A DNA stretch of 64,000 nucleotides from Pyrinomonadaceae bacterium (GCA_035644135.1 DASQPD010000188.1:142079-206078); one strand, 5' to 3'. Counted from the first letter of the stretch, positions 53,230 to 62,046 are shown. Notes: generated by a model not told the origin, from the letters alone. Made by a program: numbers and translations.

Positions 53230-54006
53230 TTGTTGCCCGCAGCCCAGAGGATACCGTTCTCCATAATTCCGAGACTGTGTTGCCTCGTCAGCATGGTTCT
53301 GCTTGCGGCCTTCACATCAGCGAGCGGAAATCCGGCCAGTCATGTCATCTGTAGGGAAGATGTTTCGCCCGAACAGCGGGCCCAGCTGGAAGTTAAGCTT
53401 AGGCAAATTACAGGGTTTCACGATTTGTCGTTTGATAGCTCGGGCGCTCTGCACTTCAATCCCAAGGTTGTTTCGGATGGTTCTGTCAGTGCGAGGGCAT
53501 TGCTCAAGCGGGCTGTTTACGGTTCTCGCGTAATCATCATTGAAGATGCAAGCCGGCGAGCCGACGTGGTTTTTGCTCGGGTTGTTCCCGGCAGATGGAA
53601 ACACCAACCTCAGAATCCTCCCCCAGTCTTTGTCGTGTTAGTAGATTTTGCCGATTTCGATTACCTCATGGGCGACGGGCCGGCGCTACAAGCGTTCAAC
53701 GTTGGCTGGGCGGTGCTTCATGAGTTGGACCATGCCGTCGAAGACTCTGAGGACACAACAACCCAGGGTGAATTGGGTGATTGTGAGACACACTTGAATC
53801 AGATGCGGCAGGAATGCGGCCTTCCCTTGCGAGTCGATTACTTCCACACTCTTTTCCCAATCGCCGCGAGCAGCGATTTCAGAACACAGTTTGTTCGACT
53901 CTCCTTTGTCGAGGAAAGCGGAGCTGCGACGCGCCACTACTGGCTCATTTGGGATGCCCGGCTCGTAGGCGGCTTAGACGAGCGGCGCGTAGCGACTTTG
54001 AGATAA
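53230..54006 (+). CDS. Secreted hypothetical protein with an HExxH zinc-metallopeptidase motif
   Basis: SD ggagg lies 7 nt before the TTG at 53230. The hydrophobic N-terminus is CCLVSMVLLAAFTSASG. The motif WAVLHELDHAVED gives H-E-L-D-H. I recognise no further family. Confidence 0.5.
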   Translation: MLPAAQRIPFSIIPRLCCLVSMVLLAAFTSASGNPASHVICREDVSPEQRAQLEVKLRQITGFHDLSFDSSGALHFNPKVVSDGSVSARALLKRAVYGSRVIIIEDASRRADVVFARVVPGRWKHQPQNPPPVFVVLVDFADFDYLMGDGPALQAFNVGWAVLHELDHAVEDSEDTTTQGELGDCETHLNQMRQECGLPLRVDYFHTLFPIAASSDFRTQFVRLSFVEESGAATRHYWLIWDARLVGGLDERRVATLR

Positions 54007-54070
54007 GAAGCCCTCACAACTTTTCTGTTTTTTTACCACAACCGCAAATGATCGTAGTAGTCTTGGGACT

Positions 54071-54783
54071 ATGGACCTGACGCGTCGCGCTGTGGCCGAA
54101 GCCGTCGGCACCGCAATGCTGTTGGCCGCCGTGGTGGGATCCGGCATCATGGGCCAACGCCTGGCGGATGGAAACATGGCGGTGGCTTTGCTTGCCAACA
54201 CGGTTGCTACTGGCGCAGCGCTGGCAGCCTTGATTCTGACTTTGGTTCTATCTCTGGCGCGCATTTCAATCCTGCCGTGACGATTGCCGATGCCTGGCGA
54301 GGTGGAATCAAGTGGAAAGATGTACCCGCGTATCTCTGCGCCCAGCTCACGGGCGCCTTTGCGGGTGTCGCCGCTGCGAACCTCATGTTTGACTTGCGGG
54401 TTTTCTTTGCGTCACATCATCAACGGAACGGCCTGCCGCAACTATTCAGTAAATTCATTGCTACCTTTGGCTTGCTCGTGGTGATCTGGGGCTGTGTGCG
54501 CGTCCGCTCGCGACTGATCGCGTTTGCGGTTGCTGCCTACATAATGGCAGCATATTGGTTCACGGCATCAACTTCATTTGCCAACCCGGCGGTCACGCTG
54601 GCGCGCTCGGCTAGCGATACCTTCGCGGGTATTCGGCCGATCGATACGCCGGCGTTTATTGGAGCACAGTTGCTCGGTGCGACGGCGGCAACAGTTTTGT
54701 TTCGCTGGTTGGCGCCATCAATCCCTCGCCAGGCCGAGGCGGTAATTGTAGGGTCCGCAGCGGAGCTGAACACTGATGACTGA
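54071..54783 (+). pseudogene. MIP-family channel (aquaglyceroporin, AqpS/GlpF-like) interrupted by a -1 frameshift
   Basis: The N-terminal 58 codons are in frame 2 (AVAEAVGTAMLL...ALAALILT). The rest is in frame 1, including both NPA boxes (SGAHFNPAVT at 54253-54282, SFANPAVT downstream). Continuity is restored by adding one T to the TTT run at 54241-54243. Confidence 0.8.
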
Positions 54784-55207
54784 AAAAAAGAGAGTACTGA
54801 TCCTCTGCACCGGAAATTCAGCCCGGAGTCAGATGGCAGAAGGTTTGCTGCGTCATTTGGCGGGCAATCGCTTTGAAGTCGCGAGCGCGGGAGTTGAGCC
54901 GACGAATGTAAAACCGGAAGCAATCGAAGTCATGCGGGAGGCAGGAATAGATATTTCCGGACACCGCTCTAAATCGGTTGATGAGTTTCTGGGAAACCCC
55001 TTCGATTACGTTATTACTGTCTGTGACAACGCGAACCAGCAATGTCCGATGTTTCCCGGCAAGGCCCAGCGAATACATTGGAGCATCGAAGATCCGGCGG
55101 CGTTAGAGGGTGATAAAGCAGCGCGCCTGGCCGGTTTCCGAAAGGCTCGCGATGAAATCAGAAAGCAGCTGGAGAGTTTTGTTAGTCCACGAAATCACAC
55201 GAAATAA
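54776..55207 (+). CDS. arsC: Arsenate reductase, LMW-PTP (thioredoxin-coupled) type
   Basis: P-loop LCTGNSARSQMAEG (CX5R). The downstream cysteine pair is VCDNANQQCP. It overlaps the end of the MIP gene by 8 nt. Confidence 0.9.
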   Translation: MTEKKRVLILCTGNSARSQMAEGLLRHLAGNRFEVASAGVEPTNVKPEAIEVMREAGIDISGHRSKSVDEFLGNPFDYVITVCDNANQQCPMFPGKAQRIHWSIEDPAALEGDKAARLAGFRKARDEIRKQLESFVSPRNHTK

Positions 55208-55212
55208 AAAAA

Positions 55213-55419
55213 TCAACTAGCTCCGCTTGAGGTAGCGGTCCTGCCGGTCTCGGCTTTGAGCTTACTGCGGTCACTCCGTGCCCGGTCATCCATTTGTTTG
55301 AGCGTTGAGTGAACGCGAAAGACAACGTCCTCCAAAGCCTTGAGTTCCTGAGATGTTTTATTGCTGGCTGACAGTATGGCTGCAGCGATCTCGCTGCTTA
55401 GTTCGTTTGAGAGTGACAT
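55213..55419 (-). CDS. Small hypothetical protein resembling the N-terminal domain of MucR/Ros regulators, with no zinc finger
   Basis: The stretch SNELSSEIAAAILSASNKTSQELKALEDVVFRVHSTL aligns by eye with the MucR N-terminus (SNEL..ELTAEIVAAYVSN...LP.LI..VHSAL). There is no CxxC/HxxxH region. Confidence 0.35.
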   Translation of the reverse strand: MSLSNELSSEIAAAILSASNKTSQELKALEDVVFRVHSTLKQMDDRARSDRSKLKAETGRTATSSGAS

Positions 55420-55482
55420 TGAATGCTGCCGGCGATTGGATTTGAATCAGTTTGTTCGGAGGCGAGAAGCTTACAGATCCCG

Positions 55483-55515
55483 TGTTACACCCAAGTTACG
55501 TTTATGTTAACTAAA
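55483..55515 (+). promoter_or_regulatory. Three tandem 11-nt direct-repeat units (GTTAC/GTTAA core), distal array
   Basis: The units are tgttacaccca, agttacgttta and tgttaactaaa. They lie in the divergent intergenic region between the small minus-strand gene and the TonB receptor. Confidence 0.3.
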
Positions 55516-55567
55516 CAGATTTAGGATCAGCAGCACCCCCCTCATGCCCTATCCATTCAATACCTCC

Positions 55568-55611
55568 GGTTAACAACCTTTTAAGGCCCAATTCACAGTT
55601 CTTTAACCTTA
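55568..55611 (+). promoter_or_regulatory. Four tandem 11-nt direct-repeat units (TT[A/C]A core), proximal array
   Basis: The units are ggttaacaacc, ttttaaggccc, aattcacagtt and ctttaacctta. They lie 105-148 nt upstream of the ATG at 55716 and are more degenerate than the pstS and porin arrays. Confidence 0.3.
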
Positions 55612-55715
55612 CGTTGCTACAGTCCGTTTTTCGAACTGATGCAATCAGTCTTTCTGTGAAGGCCCAGGGCTTTCCTTTGTTTACAGATCCACTCAACAAT
55701 CACAGGAGAATCAAC

Positions 55716-58700
55716 ATGTCTACTACGGCCCCCCAAAGATTTGGCCACTATTCGCTAATCGCGTTCGCCTTACTCCTTTTGTTTGTCATGCCATTTCAAG
55801 GGAACGGTCAAACGGACAGTGGCCGAATTTCCGGAACCGTAAAGGATTCCAACGGCGGGTTGGTCCCCGGCGCTACGATCCTGGTTAAGAATGAGCGCAC
55901 CGGCGAGGAACGCACGACAACCAGCATAAATGACGGTACCTACATCGTTGCTTCACTCAAGCCGTCTTCGTATGTGCTCACAGTAACGGCCCAGGGGCTG
56001 ACCGCGACTGCAACAGTGCAAGTACTTGTCGGTCAGGAATTGAAACTTGATCTGACGGTTCAGCCGGCCGGGCTTCAGGAGAGTGTGAACATCGTCGCAG
56101 GCGGGGAAAGCGCGATGACGGTCGATTCAGCAAGCATGAATGTGAATGTCAATCCACGCGAAGTGGAAGGCTTGCCAATAAATGGTCGCCAGCTATCTCA
56201 ACTCTACTTGCAAGCACCCGGATCGGTGAATACTGGTTCAGGTACCTTTGGAGACATCAGGTTCTCCGGCCGCGCGGTCGAACAAAATATTGTGCGATAT
56301 GACGGAATCGAAGGCACCGCGATCATCGACGCCTCACCGGGTAATCTCAACGGAGAAGTACCGACGCCTTTCCGTCTCCAGTCTTCGCTCGAGAACGTGC
56401 AGGAATTTCGCGTGGATTCAAATAACTATCCGGCGGAACAAGGCACCGGCACGGGTGGACAGATCAATGTGGTTACGAAGTCAGGCGGAAACAAATACCA
56501 CGGCTCACTATTTGAGTTTTTGCGGAATGATGCGCTCGACGCGCCAAACTTTTTCGACAACATTATCGGACAGAAAAGCAAGCTCCGTCTTAATCAGTTT
56601 GGTGGATCAATTGGTGGTCCAGTTCGTAAAGACAAAGCGTTCTTTTTCTTTTCATACGAGGGTTACCGGTTACGCGGCGGTGTTAATTCAATCGAGGCGG
56701 TTCCGGGTTTGGCTTCTCGCATCTGCGGTCCTCCGCTGGGCACGGGGACAATTGCATGCAATGCCACCAGCGCCAGTCTGATTCCGGCCTTTCGCGCGCC
56801 GAACGCGGTGACCGTTCGTACGGGTCCCGATCTTTTTGATACCGTGCAACTGCAGTCGACCAACCAGGTTGATGAGAATTCGGTGGCATTCAGGTTCGAC
56901 TATAAAGTGAACGCGTCAAACTCAGCATATTTTCGCTTCTTTCGCGATCAAGGCACTAACAATCAACCGGAAGGTGTTACAGGCAGACGTATCGCTATTA
57001 GGAGCGTTCCTCAGAACGCTGTGCTTGCCTGGCAATCGATCCTCAAGCCGACGCTACTGAACGAATTCAAGATTGGGTACAATTCGGCGCTCTCGCGGAT
57101 CAATGGGATTGCTCCGACCCTGAACGGCATTGATTTCTCCAGTGTCTCACTTAACATCGCGGGCAGCGTTGCCGGCTTTGCTCTTCCAGGCCAGGGTGCG
57201 AACGCCGGGGTAGCGTCTCCCGGCGGCCTGGTTCGAGCTAATAGCGCAACAAACGGACGAGGCCAACCATACACACCCTACTCCCTCTCTTTCATTGATA
57301 ACTTAAGCTGGACGAAGGGAAACCATGTCTTCAAGTTTGGTGGCGAAGTCCGGGCGATTCGTCTCTACACTGACAGGCAGGGGGGCACCACTTATACATA
57401 TTCAAGCATCAACAACTTTCTAATCAACTCGCTCCAGTCAATTCAATTCCTTGGAGATGTGAGTGCGCCGTCTCCATTCAATGATGGTGCTACGGGGCAA
57501 AGATTCGCCAAACAGGAGTACTACATTGGCTACGCGCAGGATGAGTGGAAACTTGGACCTGGAATAACGCTGAACTACGGCCTGCGATACGAGTACTACA
57601 CGCCCTTGCGCGAAGACCGGAATCTTCAGGTGCTATTTGACATCAACACCGGTCACTTGCGGGACCCACACGAAGCGGCTTTCAAGACCTCGAAGAATAG
57701 TTTTGGCCCGCGAGTGGCGCTAACCTGGTCCCCAAATCCTTCCGGGACTGGCTACTTCAGCGGTGGCCGAACGGTTCTACGTGGCGGGTTCGGGATCTAC
57801 TATGGTCCAGGTCAGACTGAAGACCAGATTCAGCCAATTGAGAGTGACAGAGTAAGTGCAAGCTTTACGACCAACCCCATCTTTCCCGCTGGGCCGCCTC
57901 TTGCGTTCCCACTTGATCCATCCGCGGCCACAACGTTCTTTTTGAATAACCCGAACACACGTTCGTATCAGCCGAGGGCCTATGCGGGAGAGTATCTTGT
58001 TCCGGAAAAAATTTATCAGTACGGCTTCTCATGGCAACAAGAATTACCGTACCAGCTTGTTTTGACAGCCGGATTTGTTGGATCGCAAGGACGCAACCTG
58101 TTTCTGCGCAGCGTTGCCAACCGGATCCTTCCGGGACAGACGACAATTCTTGATGGCACTCCGCTGCCGACGACTTTTGGCGTAGTGAATCGGACGAATG
58201 CCGCCGGCCAGGTCATCGCCGTGAACACTATCCGCGAATTCGCGATTGTTTCTGGAACATCGACAGTACAGAACCCATTTGCCGAAGTCGACTTTAAGAC
58301 CAGCGGCGGACACGACAGTTATCGGGCGTTACAAATGTCTCTTAGTCGCCGGTTCAGCAATGGAGTTGTCCTGAACTCCCAATACACTTTCGCACGCAGC
58401 TTTGGCAATACAGCAGGATCAAACGAGGCGCGGACAGCCGCAAATAATGCCCGCGCGCTCGCAGAGTATAACTACGACAATGGCTACAATAACTTTGATG
58501 TACGCCATAGTTTTAACTTCAGCGCTCTTTATGAACTACCCTTTGGCAAGGGAAAATCGCACGACTTCGGCGGACTCGGCAATGCCCTGCTTGGCGATTG
58601 GGAGATCGGCACGATCGTTAATGCGCGTTCCGGCTTGCCGCTCGAGATCGGGATTGTCCGGCCTGATGTCGTTATTCAGTGCGCGAACACGGCGGGGTGT

Positions 58701-59300
58701 GTGGTGCCAACGGGTGCTGGTGGTGCAACTTCCACTTTCGCGAACGGCTTTGTGGCCCAGTTGCCTGGCACGGTCAATGCGGCAAACCCGTTGCCCCCAG
58801 GTTTCATAGCAGTGGTTAATACTCCTGGCGGTGGTGCGTCGCGCAACGTCAGACGTCCTAATCTGGTCGCAGGAGTAAGCCCCTACTTGAATAACGACAG
58901 AAACGTGCTGAATCCTGCTGCGTTCACCGCTCCGGCGCCGGGAACCTTTGGAGACACGCCCCGCAATTTCCTGCGTGGCCCCAATTTCGCTCAATTTGAT
59001 CTCATCCTGAATAAGCGCTTCCGTTTCTCGGAGTCAAAAAGCGTTGAGTTCCGGACGGAGGTCTTCAATCTTTTCAATCGCGCAAACTTCGACGTTCCCG
59101 GATCTCGTTTCAATCTTGCTCTTCCCAGTTTCACCCAGGCGGGCGGCATCTTTACTTTTGGTTCAGGCTTACAACCAGGTCAGGCGTACTCGCAGTCACT
59201 TGCCGGACAAACGTTCGGGCTCCTCCGCCAGACTGTCGTTCGCGATGTCGGGCTCGGGACAAGCAGGCAGATTCAGTTTGCCTTGCGATTAAACTTCTGA
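55716..59300 (+). CDS. TonB-dependent outer-membrane receptor with an N-terminal carboxypeptidase-regulatory-like domain
   Basis: SD aggaga lies 7 nt before the ATG at 55716. A signal peptide is present. The CarboxypepD_reg-like stretch is GRISGTVKDSNGGLVPGATILVKNERTGEERTTTSINDGTYIVASLKPSSY. A plug-like region is INGRQLSQL...RYDGIE. The long barrel ends in FALRLNF. Confidence 0.9.
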   Translation: MSTTAPQRFGHYSLIAFALLLLFVMPFQGNGQTDSGRISGTVKDSNGGLVPGATILVKNERTGEERTTTSINDGTYIVASLKPSSYVLTVTAQGLTATATVQVLVGQELKLDLTVQPAGLQESVNIVAGGESAMTVDSASMNVNVNPREVEGLPINGRQLSQLYLQAPGSVNTGSGTFGDIRFSGRAVEQNIVRYDGIEGTAIIDASPGNLNGEVPTPFRLQSSLENVQEFRVDSNNYPAEQGTGTGGQINVVTKSGGNKYHGSLFEFLRNDALDAPNFFDNIIGQKSKLRLNQFGGSIGGPVRKDKAFFFFSYEGYRLRGGVNSIEAVPGLASRICGPPLGTGTIACNATSASLIPAFRAPNAVTVRTGPDLFDTVQLQSTNQVDENSVAFRFDYKVNASNSAYFRFFRDQGTNNQPEGVTGRRIAIRSVPQNAVLAWQSILKPTLLNEFKIGYNSALSRINGIAPTLNGIDFSSVSLNIAGSVAGFALPGQGANAGVASPGGLVRANSATNGRGQPYTPYSLSFIDNLSWTKGNHVFKFGGEVRAIRLYTDRQGGTTYTYSSINNFLINSLQSIQFLGDVSAPSPFNDGATGQRFAKQEYYIGYAQDEWKLGPGITLNYGLRYEYYTPLREDRNLQVLFDINTGHLRDPHEAAFKTSKNSFGPRVALTWSPNPSGTGYFSGGRTVLRGGFGIYYGPGQTEDQIQPIESDRVSASFTTNPIFPAGPPLAFPLDPSAATTFFLNNPNTRSYQPRAYAGEYLVPEKIYQYGFSWQQELPYQLVLTAGFVGSQGRNLFLRSVANRILPGQTTILDGTPLPTTFGVVNRTNAAGQVIAVNTIREFAIVSGTSTVQNPFAEVDFKTSGGHDSYRALQMSLSRRFSNGVVLNSQYTFARSFGNTAGSNEARTAANNARALAEYNYDNGYNNFDVRHSFNFSALYELPFGKGKSHDFGGLGNALLGDWEIGTIVNARSGLPLEIGIVRPDVVIQCANTAGCVVPTGAGGATSTFANGFVAQLPGTVNAANPLPPGFIAVVNTPGGGASRNVRRPNLVAGVSPYLNNDRNVLNPAAFTAPAPGTFGDTPRNFLRGPNFAQFDLILNKRFRFSESKSVEFRTEVFNLFNRANFDVPGSRFNLALPSFTQAGGIFTFGSGLQPGQAYSQSLAGQTFGLLRQTVVRDVGLGTSRQIQFALRLNF

Positions 59301-59370
59301 CCTTTTGGCTGACGCTAATGGCCGCTCAACCTTGATGTTGGGCGGCCGCAAATCGCACGTGAGGAACCAG

Positions 59371-59733
59371 ATGTCTCTCGTTGAAATGCCGATCAAAAAC
59401 ATGGCAAATTTGGCCCAAGCCGGAGACGACGTTTATGACGACGGCTACCTCCGGGTGGAGCACGAGAATTATTACATCGCTTGCGCCGGGCATGCGCTCA
59501 AGCTGGCCCGTACCGAGTTCCTGATCATTTCCAGGCTGGCGCGCTCACCCGGGAGAATTGTCACGGCCGAAGATCAGTGGGGACACGCCTGGGGCAGTTC
59601 CAAGCCCTTGAATTCAGAGAGCCTGCACGTCTACATCTACCGGCTGCGAAACAAGCTCGCGCCTTTCAAGCTCCAGATAGACACCATGGTCAACGTCGGA
59701 TATCGCCTGGTGGTCCCTGAAAGCGGAAAATGA
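59371..59733 (+). CDS. Stand-alone OmpR/PhoB-type winged-helix DNA-binding protein (no receiver domain)
   Basis: SD gaggaa precedes the ATG at 59371; the track start at 59305 is a TTG. The Trans_reg_C-like stretch is LKLARTEFLIISRLARSPGRIVTAEDQWGHAWG......SLHVYIYRLRNKL......IDTMVNVGYRL. Only ~40 aa precede it. Confidence 0.75.
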   Translation: MSLVEMPIKNMANLAQAGDDVYDDGYLRVEHENYYIACAGHALKLARTEFLIISRLARSPGRIVTAEDQWGHAWGSSKPLNSESLHVYIYRLRNKLAPFKLQIDTMVNVGYRLVVPESGK

Positions 59734-59742
59734 CGCGGCACA

Positions 59743-59775
59743 GTTCACACAGAGTTCAGCTGAAATTCAGGTAGA
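59743..59775 (+). promoter_or_regulatory. Three tandem 11-nt direct-repeat units (GTTCA core), PHO-box-like operator of pstS
   Basis: The units are agttcacacag, agttcagctga and aattcaggtag. They lie 60-92 nt upstream of the pstS ATG, the same geometry as the porin array. Confidence 0.6.
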
Positions 59776-59834
59776 TGTAACACCGCGAATCTAGTCTGGT
59801 CGTTCGTTTCATCAACCCAGTTTAGGAGAATACG

Positions 59835-60917
59835 ATGCCCAGCTTTCGACAGCTATCTGCGATAGCCACGCTTCTGGCACTAGTATCACTCGGAACATTG
59901 TTTGGTTCGTGCAGCGGCGGCAAGGGACCGGCGGGCAGTGCCGGTGTCGTCAGTTTACAGGGTGCTGGGGCAACTTTTCCCAACCCGCTTTACCAAAAAT
60001 GGATCAGCGACTATGGAAAACTGCATCCCAACGTGAAGATTGATTATCAGTCAATCGGATCGGGAGGTGGGATAAAGCAGATACAAGCGCAAACGGTCGA
60101 CTTTGGGGCCTCAGACTCGCCGATGAAGGATGAGGATCTGAAAGCCGCTCCCGGTCCAATACTGCACGTTCCGACGGTCCTGGGGGCCGTCGTGCTGACC
60201 TATAATCTCACTGGAGTAACCGAGACGCTTAAGTTTTCTCCTGATGTGATTGCCGACATCTTCCTGGGCAAGATCAAGAAGTGGAACGACAACAGGATCA
60301 AGGCAGACAACCCAAATGCGCCTCTTCCAGGCACGGACATTACTGTCGTTCACAGATCTGATGGCAGCGGCACGTCAGCTGTCTTTACTGATTATCTTTC
60401 CAAGGTGAGCCCGGAATGGAAAGAGAAGGTCGGAGCGGGTACCTCTCCTTCCTGGCCGGTTGGAATTGGTGGCAAGGGTAATGAAGGCGTAACCGGACAG
60501 GTAAAAAACACACCTAACACCATCGGCTATGTCGAGCTTGCCTATGCTGTCCAAAACAAATTGCCCGTAGCTTCAATCAAAAACCTTGCGGGCGACTTCA
60601 TCCAGCCTACGCTTGAGGCCGTTACTGCTGCGGCAGCGGAATCACTCGCCTCCACCCCGGACGATCTCCGGGTTTCGATCACGAATGCTGCCGGTAAGGG
60701 CGCTTATCCCATCTCGAGTTATACCTACATCCTTGTCTACAAAGAGCAGAAAGATGCAACCAAAGGAAGTGCGCTGGTTGATTTTCTATGGTGGGGAATT
60801 CACGACGGCGAGAAGTACGCGAAGGACCTGCAATATGCCCCTTTGCCGGGAGAGATTGTCCAACGCGCGGAGGTGAAGATCAATTCCATCACGTCTGGCG
60901 GTAAACCGCTTCGTTAG
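59835..60917 (+). CDS. pstS: Phosphate ABC transporter substrate-binding protein
   Basis: SD aggaga upstream. A signal or lipoprotein-like N-terminus is LLALVSLGTLFGSCSG. Motifs are GAGATFPNPLYQKW, SIGSGGG, HRSDGSGTS and GYVELAYA. Confidence 0.93.
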   Translation: MPSFRQLSAIATLLALVSLGTLFGSCSGGKGPAGSAGVVSLQGAGATFPNPLYQKWISDYGKLHPNVKIDYQSIGSGGGIKQIQAQTVDFGASDSPMKDEDLKAAPGPILHVPTVLGAVVLTYNLTGVTETLKFSPDVIADIFLGKIKKWNDNRIKADNPNAPLPGTDITVVHRSDGSGTSAVFTDYLSKVSPEWKEKVGAGTSPSWPVGIGGKGNEGVTGQVKNTPNTIGYVELAYAVQNKLPVASIKNLAGDFIQPTLEAVTAAAAESLASTPDDLRVSITNAAGKGAYPISSYTYILVYKEQKDATKGSALVDFLWWGIHDGEKYAKDLQYAPLPGEIVQRAEVKINSITSGGKPLR

Positions 60918-61032
60918 AGTTGAACCGGGGAGGGCTGCGAGCGTTTTTGGGAACGCAACCGTCTAGGCGCGCAAATGCCTCAGACGACGCAATCAATAAA
61001 GATAGAGGCTTGCGGATCCAATCTCGATCTGA

Positions 61033-62046
61033 ATGAGTGACGAACCCTCCACTGCTTCCTTTCCGACTCGGCGTCAGAGGCTCCCGACCCTTCTCGGGCG
61101 TTGGCGCCGGTCGCTGTCCCCAACAGGCAACACCGGCGACGCCATTTTCAAAGCGGCGATGTTTTCAGCAGGTTTGTTGTTGCTCGTTTTGGTAGTGTCG
61201 ATGGTTGTCGCACTCCTGTCCGATTCGATGCTTTCACTCAGGCAATTCGGGTTCGGGTTTCTGACTGGCCAGGCTTGGAATCCAATTAAGGGAGAGTTCG
61301 GTGCGCTGCCGTTCATTTACGGAACGATTGTTTCGTCTCTAATCGCGCTATTGATCAGTGTGCCGCTGTCACTGGGCATTGCGATATTCCTCGTTGAACA
61401 GGCGCCTTACTATCTGGCGCGTCCGGTAGGGTTTCTAGTTGAGTTGCTCGCCGCGATTCCCTCGGTCGTTTATGGACTCTGGGGCATCTTTGTTCTCGCT
61501 CCGGTCCTTCGGGTCTATGTTGAGCCATTTCTCGCGAAGTGGTTTGGTTTCTTGCCGTTGTTTCAGGGATCAATTACAGGAATCGGATTGCTCACCGGTG
61601 GAATAATTCTGGCCATCATGGTGACACCGATCATTTCTGCCGTCGTGCGCGATGTGCTTGAAGCCGTGCCGAGCTCGCAACGTGAAGCAGCCCTGGCGCT
61701 GGGAGCGACTAAGTGGGAAACGACGCGGGTAGTCCTCGTGAATGGTGTGCCTGGCATCGCCGGAGCGATCATTCTGGGACTTGGACGAGCATTGGGTGAA
61801 ACGATGGCCGTCACAATGGTTATCGGAAATCGCCCACAAATCAGCATCTCGTTGTTTGAGCCGGGTTACACCATTGCTTCGGCAATAGCTAACGAGTTTA
61901 CCGAGGCGACACAGGATTTGTACTTGAGCGCCCTGGTGGAGTTGGGGCTAATTCTTTTTCTGGTGACTTTTCTGGTGAACGGCGCCGCCAGATTACTGGT
62001 GCGCAGCGTTACCCGGCGAACCGCGGGCGCAGGAGCGCCAGTCTGA
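61033..62046 (+). CDS. pstC: Phosphate ABC transporter permease PstC
   Basis: Six hydrophobic segments. The EAA-type loop is REAALALGATKWETT. It sits between pstS and pstA. Confidence 0.9.
   Translation: MSDEPSTASFPTRRQRLPTLLGRWRRSLSPTGNTGDAIFKAAMFSAGLLLLVLVVSMVVALLSDSMLSLRQFGFGFLTGQAWNPIKGEFGALPFIYGTIVSSLIALLISVPLSLGIAIFLVEQAPYYLARPVGFLVELLAAIPSVVYGLWGIFVLAPVLRVYVEPFLAKWFGFLPLFQGSITGIGLLTGGIILAIMVTPIISAVVRDVLEAVPSSQREAALALGATKWETTRVVLVNGVPGIAGAIILGLGRALGETMAVTMVIGNRPQISISLFEPGYTIASAIANEFTEATQDLYLSALVELGLILFLVTFLVNGAARLLVRSVTRRTAGAGAPV

Noticed and set aside
55188-55204. An exact 17-nt repeat, cacgaaatcacacgaaa, is shared by the 3' end of arsC and the region after pstB (63746-63762).
   Set aside because: By rough estimate, a single 17-mer match within 64 kb on either strand has a chance probability of order 0.1-0.2. 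The sequence is internally repetitive, and one copy is coding while the other is not. I cannot distinguish this from coincidence without genome-wide counts.
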